From: Minisyncoccota bacterium
Lineage (GTDB): Bacteria; Patescibacteriota; Minisyncoccia; Phycocordibacterales; JABAAK01
Direction of reading: 5' to 3'
Assembly (NCBI GenBank): GCA_965222235.1
Contig: OZ244939.1
Span: 94,041 to 158,040 of the forward strand
DNA length: 64,000 nt
Below are positions 59,876 through 64,000 of the stretch, piece by piece; within the stretch, counting starts at the first letter, position 1; every line of letters begins with the position of its first letter. Both the position numbers and the translations under genes were made by a program. Below the pieces are notes generated by a model that was not told the DNA's origin, did no database searches, and saw nothing but the letters and a program-made list of their open reading frames with translations.

Positions 59876-60142
59876 AAAAACGGTCGGAGCAAGAGAAACA
59901 TGTCATATGTCTCCCCTGCCGTTCCTTACTCTATAGTGTACATAGGTTATGTATATATGTATACATAATAATTGTAAAAGATCATACGCCAACGCGTACT
60001 TAATCAGTATACGCTGAAACAGTGCCTTAGGTCAACTGTTTGATAGAATTGTGTGGGGATAAAATCAAAAGACCGCGGGTGTTAGTTGAAGTGTTTCATC
60101 ATATCTTCCGCAGAAGTAAACCCCCAGAGACATCCCTCCCCA

Positions 60143-63100
60143 TCAAAACGCATCCTGTATGAAGCTGGGACGGACGGACGGAAGGACTGCCGGAGGGGTG
60201 AGCAGGACGGAGCCGGTGTCTGAAGTGGGGAAGGTGTAGCCGCGGGGTTCAGCAGGCGGTGTGTACTCTTCTATGACCTCTACGGTCGGGATGATGACCC
60301 TCGGTGTTTCAGGAGGGGTGAGGATGAAGACCGGGGCGGTGCGTCTGGTTACGGCGGGGACGGGGAAACGGATCTCCTGCTGTACAACGGTCGGCGGTGT
60401 TTCTTCCTCCGGGGGTGCCTGCCGTTTGGCGAGGAGTTCCTGAATACGGGCACTGATGACTGCTATCTGCTGTTTGATGGCGGCGATGAGTTTTCGGCGC
60501 ACGGTGTCGGCAACGATGTCCACGGATTCTCCCACCGGTTCAATGACGGGGACGAGGATGCCGGTTTCGCTCTGAGGGTCGGCGGTGTCAGTGTTGAATC
60601 TGAAGAGTCCGATACCTCCGCCTCCTCCTCCGCCGCCACCTCCGCCTCCTCCGCCGCCGCTTCTGACACCGGTGATGGGTACGTGGACGGAGGTGTTCTC
60701 ATCCTCCTTCTGAGCGTTGCCCACGGCATCAACGGCGATGAGATCACATGTTGATGCGTCGTAGGTTTCCTGAGGAATGGTGATGTCATATGTATACCGT
60801 ACATCGTCCTTCTGTGCACTGTCTGTGAATGCCGGCGAACGGGGGAATGCGGCACAGGCTCCTGTGAAGGACAGGTATATCGCCTCATTGCCCTTCATGG
60901 TCGGGTGGTTGTTGCGGTCGACAAATGCCGACACTTTTACTATTGTCCCCTGTGTGCTGATGAGGAACCGTTTCACCGCCGGCGCCGCACTGTCCACAAA
61001 GAAGAGGTAGGAGGTGCTGCCTGCGGTGCTGTTGCCTGCGGGATCTGCAACCGTCGGCAGGGTGATGTTGCGGATACCGGAGGAAGCACCGTCAGGTACC
61101 GCATGATTGATAGTTGCGGGGAAGGTGCTGAGATCATGATTGGTGGTGCCGATGGTTGCTCGCAGCGGGTTTGCCTCACTCACCGCTTTCCCGTTCACCC
61201 ATACCGGGTTAGCGTCTGTCAGGGCAAGATTGACCTGTACCGTGCCGCCGGGTCTCGCCGCATTCTGTTTCGGTGTGACGGTATATATCGGAGCTGTACG
61301 GTCTACGGTGATGGGTGTGTTCGTCACAGGACCGCTGAGAGAGACGGTGAACTCTTCGCCGACGGTGAAGATGCGCGTCAACAGTGCGCTGTTGCCAGCA
61401 GCAGGACTATGGTCCACATCAAAACTCAGGTACTCCCTGTTGAGCCCTTGACGTGCGTCATCAATAGCGGTGGTGAAGGTATCCGCCCCCTTGCGCAGGG
61501 TAATGTCATACCCCGCAAGGACTGCCTTCTCCTCCACGTTGTTGCCGTTTTCATCCGTGATACGGAGGAAAAGGTCAAGATTAGTATTGTCATAATACAA
61601 ATCAGCGAGGGTATATGTTGTGCCGCCTGCCGTGAAGGTGGCGGGGGCGACGGATCCCACCGCCGATATGAGATTTAATCCGTAAAATGTTTCTGCGTAT
61701 ATTCCTTCACCTTCAATGAACTGCCCACTCGCCGCCACTCCGGTATATATTGTCTCCCTTCCCTGCACTACCAGGGTGGTCTCAATGGTGATGGGGTTGC
61801 CTGCTCTGTCGGTCGCGGAAAAGGACAGGGTGCCGGTTCCCTCCTCAGCGGTGTCAGTCAGGGTCAGAATATCACAGCTCAGTGCGTTGTCTGTATCGGT
61901 CATGCAGTTTGTAAATGATTCACCGGCGAAGGTGAGGGTGATGTCTGTGAGTGTTTCGCTTGCGGTGAGAGCACCGAGGGTGAGTGTGTCTCCTTCTGTG
62001 GCATATGCCGGGTTGGTGTTGCCTGAGGTGAGCATGAGGGTGCCGAGGAGTGCCGGGGCGGTGTCGTCAACCGTCACCGTGCCGATCCTGACTACTGAGC
62101 CGTGTGTGCCGGAGCGGTCAATGTCTATGGATGCGTAGAGGTGGAGATCGTCGGTTGTTTCGGGGACGGAGAGTGTGGTGCTGAGTGTACCGGTCCCGTC
62201 GGCTATTGTTGTCAGGGGGGTGATTCCTTCACGTTCCGTGTCACTTAACTGACCGTCGCTGTCTGCGTCAACCGTGCTTTCAACGAGGTAGAAGGCGATC
62301 TCGGCTTCCGGTGCTGACTGAGCGGTGAGTGCGCGGGAGCCTGAACGGACAATGTGGTTCATACCGTCTGAGGTGCCGTCGGTGAATCGGAGGCCTCCCG
62401 CCGTTTCAATGGCGTCTTCGGTGTGTTTCGCCGCCCTGTTCCCCGCCTCGTCAGTGAAGATGAAACAGATGCCGATTGCGGTATCGGCTGGTGTAGCACC
62501 CGTGCCCGGGGTGTAGGCGGTGCCGGTTGTGCCGGTTGAGCAGGATGCCTGTGCGGTGTTGTCCGCCCACAGAGCGGTGGCGGCCTCATCAGCGACTGCA
62601 CGGTAGTCAGATCCTGACTTAATGATGATGATGGTCGGTGCTTCGGTGTCCAGCGTGTAGGGTACCGCCTCGGAGCAGACTCTGTTGCCTGCGGTGTCTT
62701 CCGCACTGCCGTAGAATGTATATGCCCCGTCGGTGTCAAGGGTGTGTGCGGTGATGTCCGTTGCTGTGTCAGATGACCCCAGTGTCACCTCGGTGCCTGC
62801 CTCAACGGAGCAGGTATTGTCGGTGTAAAGACCGATGAGAGCGTTTGTTTCCGTACTCATCGTGAAGACTGGCTCTTCAACATTGCCGGGGGTGCCGGTC
62901 GGTGTCTTCAGCACAAATGCTGTCGTCGGATTACTCACATCAACCGTCACCTGTGTCATGCTGACCGGTGTACTCAATTCACTGTCGCCCAGTGCAGTGT
63001 TGGTGATGTATCCGCGGAGATCAACAGCGGTTGGTTCCTGCGGCGGGGCTATGATGGAGGCGGTGAACTGTCCGCCGACGGTGAAGATATTTTGGAAGAG

Positions 63101-63997
63101 TGACGACATATCACCAGTAGGATAAAAGCCGATATATGGGATTGAGCTAAAGAATGTAGTACCATCGTCAACATTCAGTGTGACGGTGTCGTCCCCCTTG
63201 GTCAACACGAGCGTGTGCCCGGCAAAGACCGTTTTCTCTTTTATGTCAGCACCGTCGGCTGTGTCAATCTGTATATGAAATTCATTTGGAGATTCATTCG
63301 TATTGAAATACAAGTTCTTAATCGTGTAGGCAGTGCCGTCTGCGGTGAATGTTACGGGGCTGATTGATCCGCCGGTGGCAATGATACCACTGGTTACTGA
63401 AGAAAATCCCATGGCTTCCCCTGCATTACCAGATGTCACCGTCCCGGTATATATCGTTGACGTCTCAGAAGCAGCCACCGGTGAACTCAATATTTTTGAA
63501 GTGGTGAACTGTCCGTTCCCGTCGGTGGTGACGGTCTCTTCATATGCGTTATCCCACGATTCACCGGCCTGTTTACCCTGCACCCGCACGGTTGAGTCCG
63601 GCAGCGTCATACCCGCATAACGGGGGTTTGGATTGTTGGTGATACTGTCTGTTTCGCTTCTGCCGGCATCGTCTTCGGTGAGCACACCGCTGTCGGTGAT
63701 GAGATCGGTTGCCTCATTCTTCACATGCACGGCGGAGCGGTTGCCGTAGCCGTCAGTCGCCATGACACAGGCATTGATGTTGTTGGTGCGCTGCACGATT
63801 GACAGAGGCGTGTAGTCAACGCCCGCATCAACAGGAACACAGGTGCCGCTGTTGGGATAGTCAAACTGTTTATAGGGCTCGGCGATCGGTCCGTCGTTAC
63901 GCGAGACCGCCGTCACCAGATAGGTGTCGCCTGACACCGATCCCCTGAGAGAGAGAGTGAATTGCGTGTCGGCGGTGGAGAAGAAATTATGAAACAA
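60143..63997 (-). CDS. giant extracellular surface protein (N-terminus beyond window) with Ig-like repeats, 15-Gly linker and Pro-rich C-terminal tail
   Basis: At least 1284 aa in one frame. T/S/G/A-rich beta repeats. GGGGGGGGGGGGGGG at 60615-60660. Coiled segment and PPxxP tail. Confidence 0.5.
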   Translation of the reverse strand: MFHNFFSTADTQFTLSLRGSVSGDTYLVTAVSRNDGPIAEPYKQFDYPNSGTCVPVDAGVDYTPLSIVQRTNNINACVMATDGYGNRSAVHVKNEATDLITDSGVLTEDDAGRSETDSITNNPNPRYAGMTLPDSTVRVQGKQAGESWDNAYEETVTTDGNGQFTTSKILSSPVAASETSTIYTGTVTSGNAGEAMGFSSVTSGIIATGGSISPVTFTADGTAYTIKNLYFNTNESPNEFHIQIDTADGADIKEKTVFAGHTLVLTKGDDTVTLNVDDGTTFFSSIPYIGFYPTGDMSSLFQNIFTVGGQFTASIIAPPQEPTAVDLRGYITNTALGDSELSTPVSMTQVTVDVSNPTTAFVLKTPTGTPGNVEEPVFTMSTETNALIGLYTDNTCSVEAGTEVTLGSSDTATDITAHTLDTDGAYTFYGSAEDTAGNRVCSEAVPYTLDTEAPTIIIIKSGSDYRAVADEAATALWADNTAQASCSTGTTGTAYTPGTGATPADTAIGICFIFTDEAGNRAAKHTEDAIETAGGLRFTDGTSDGMNHIVRSGSRALTAQSAPEAEIAFYLVESTVDADSDGQLSDTEREGITPLTTIADGTGTLSTTLSVPETTDDLHLYASIDIDRSGTHGSVVRIGTVTVDDTAPALLGTLMLTSGNTNPAYATEGDTLTLGALTASETLTDITLTFAGESFTNCMTDTDNALSCDILTLTDTAEEGTGTLSFSATDRAGNPITIETTLVVQGRETIYTGVAASGQFIEGEGIYAETFYGLNLISAVGSVAPATFTAGGTTYTLADLYYDNTNLDLFLRITDENGNNVEEKAVLAGYDITLRKGADTFTTAIDDARQGLNREYLSFDVDHSPAAGNSALLTRIFTVGEEFTVSLSGPVTNTPITVDRTAPIYTVTPKQNAARPGGTVQVNLALTDANPVWVNGKAVSEANPLRATIGTTNHDLSTFPATINHAVPDGASSGIRNITLPTVADPAGNSTAGSTSYLFFVDSAAPAVKRFLISTQGTIVKVSAFVDRNNHPTMKGNEAIYLSFTGACAAFPRSPAFTDSAQKDDVRYTYDITIPQETYDASTCDLIAVDAVGNAQKEDENTSVHVPITGVRSGGGGGGGGGGGGGGGIGLFRFNTDTADPQSETGILVPVIEPVGESVDIVADTVRRKLIAAIKQQIAVISARIQELLAKRQAPPEEETPPTVVQQEIRFPVPAVTRRTAPVFILTPPETPRVIIPTVEVIEEYTPPAEPRGYTFPTSDTGSVLLTPPAVLPSVRPSFIQDAF
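60615..60660 (-). repeat. (GGN)15 simple-sequence repeat encoding a poly-Gly linker
   Basis: + strand cctccgcctcctcctccgccgccacctccgcctcctccgccgccgc. Confidence 0.8.
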
Positions 63998-64000
63998 AAA

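Overview
This 64-kb window looks like a chromosomal stretch from a small-genome bacterium that uses the standard genetic code. TGA, TAA and TAG all terminate clearly conserved genes (TGA ends the Rel-family gene at 47773-47775; TAA ends topA; TAG ends proS and lepA). The core is housekeeping. It includes ProS, TyrS, PheS/PheT, LepA, L21, S2, EF-Ts, Frr, GreA, TopA, a Rel-family (p)ppGpp enzyme, ParB and MiaA. It also holds a broken dcw/rod-shape cluster (mraZ-rsmH-ftsL-ftsI and mreB-mreC-mreD-mrdA), a second MreB-like gene, two glutaredoxins and an N-terminally shortened MurF. There are nine tRNAs: Phe-GAA, Arg-CCT, Thr-TGT, Ser-CGA, Asn-GTT, Trp-CCA, Leu-CAA, Leu-TAA. A 16S rRNA gene on the minus strand (about 58400-59875) has no 23S downstream. 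Several features are consistent with a CPR/Patescibacteria-like organism, but this is inference, not proof: lamin-tail-domain surface proteins, a giant Gly-linker surface protein, short or N-terminally truncated essential genes, and the unlinked 16S. Four AT-poor-to-AT-rich transitions mark likely acquired islands next to tRNA genes. Island 1 (about 7.8-12.2 kb) holds a tightly coupled beta-class DNA methyltransferase plus a putative endonuclease, and a split KAP P-loop NTPase. Island 2 (about 19.3-20.1 kb) holds an orphan gamma-class N6-adenine methyltransferase. Island 3 (about 33.65-38.05 kb, after tRNA-Asn) holds an HNH remnant with an in-frame TGA, a three-TM protein, a ParB/Srx-like domain protein, a Dam-family methyltransferase and a convergent single-HKD PLD-family nuclease. 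This is the best candidate for an undescribed defence module. Island 4 (about 40.6-42.1 kb) holds a DUF3800-like protein. Other notable signals are an NlpC/P60-like papain-fold domain inserted inside the PheT coding sequence, tandem dNMP-kinase-like paralogues with a degenerate P-loop, a textbook MraZ operator of 10-bp-phased GTGGRA repeats, a 91-bp palindrome-bearing tandem repeat (2.8 copies) between the 16S trailer and a wHTH-phosphoribosyltransferase regulator gene, a 16-bp leader/trailer processing stem around the 16S, and a divergent ThyX-family protein that has lost the canonical RHR motif.
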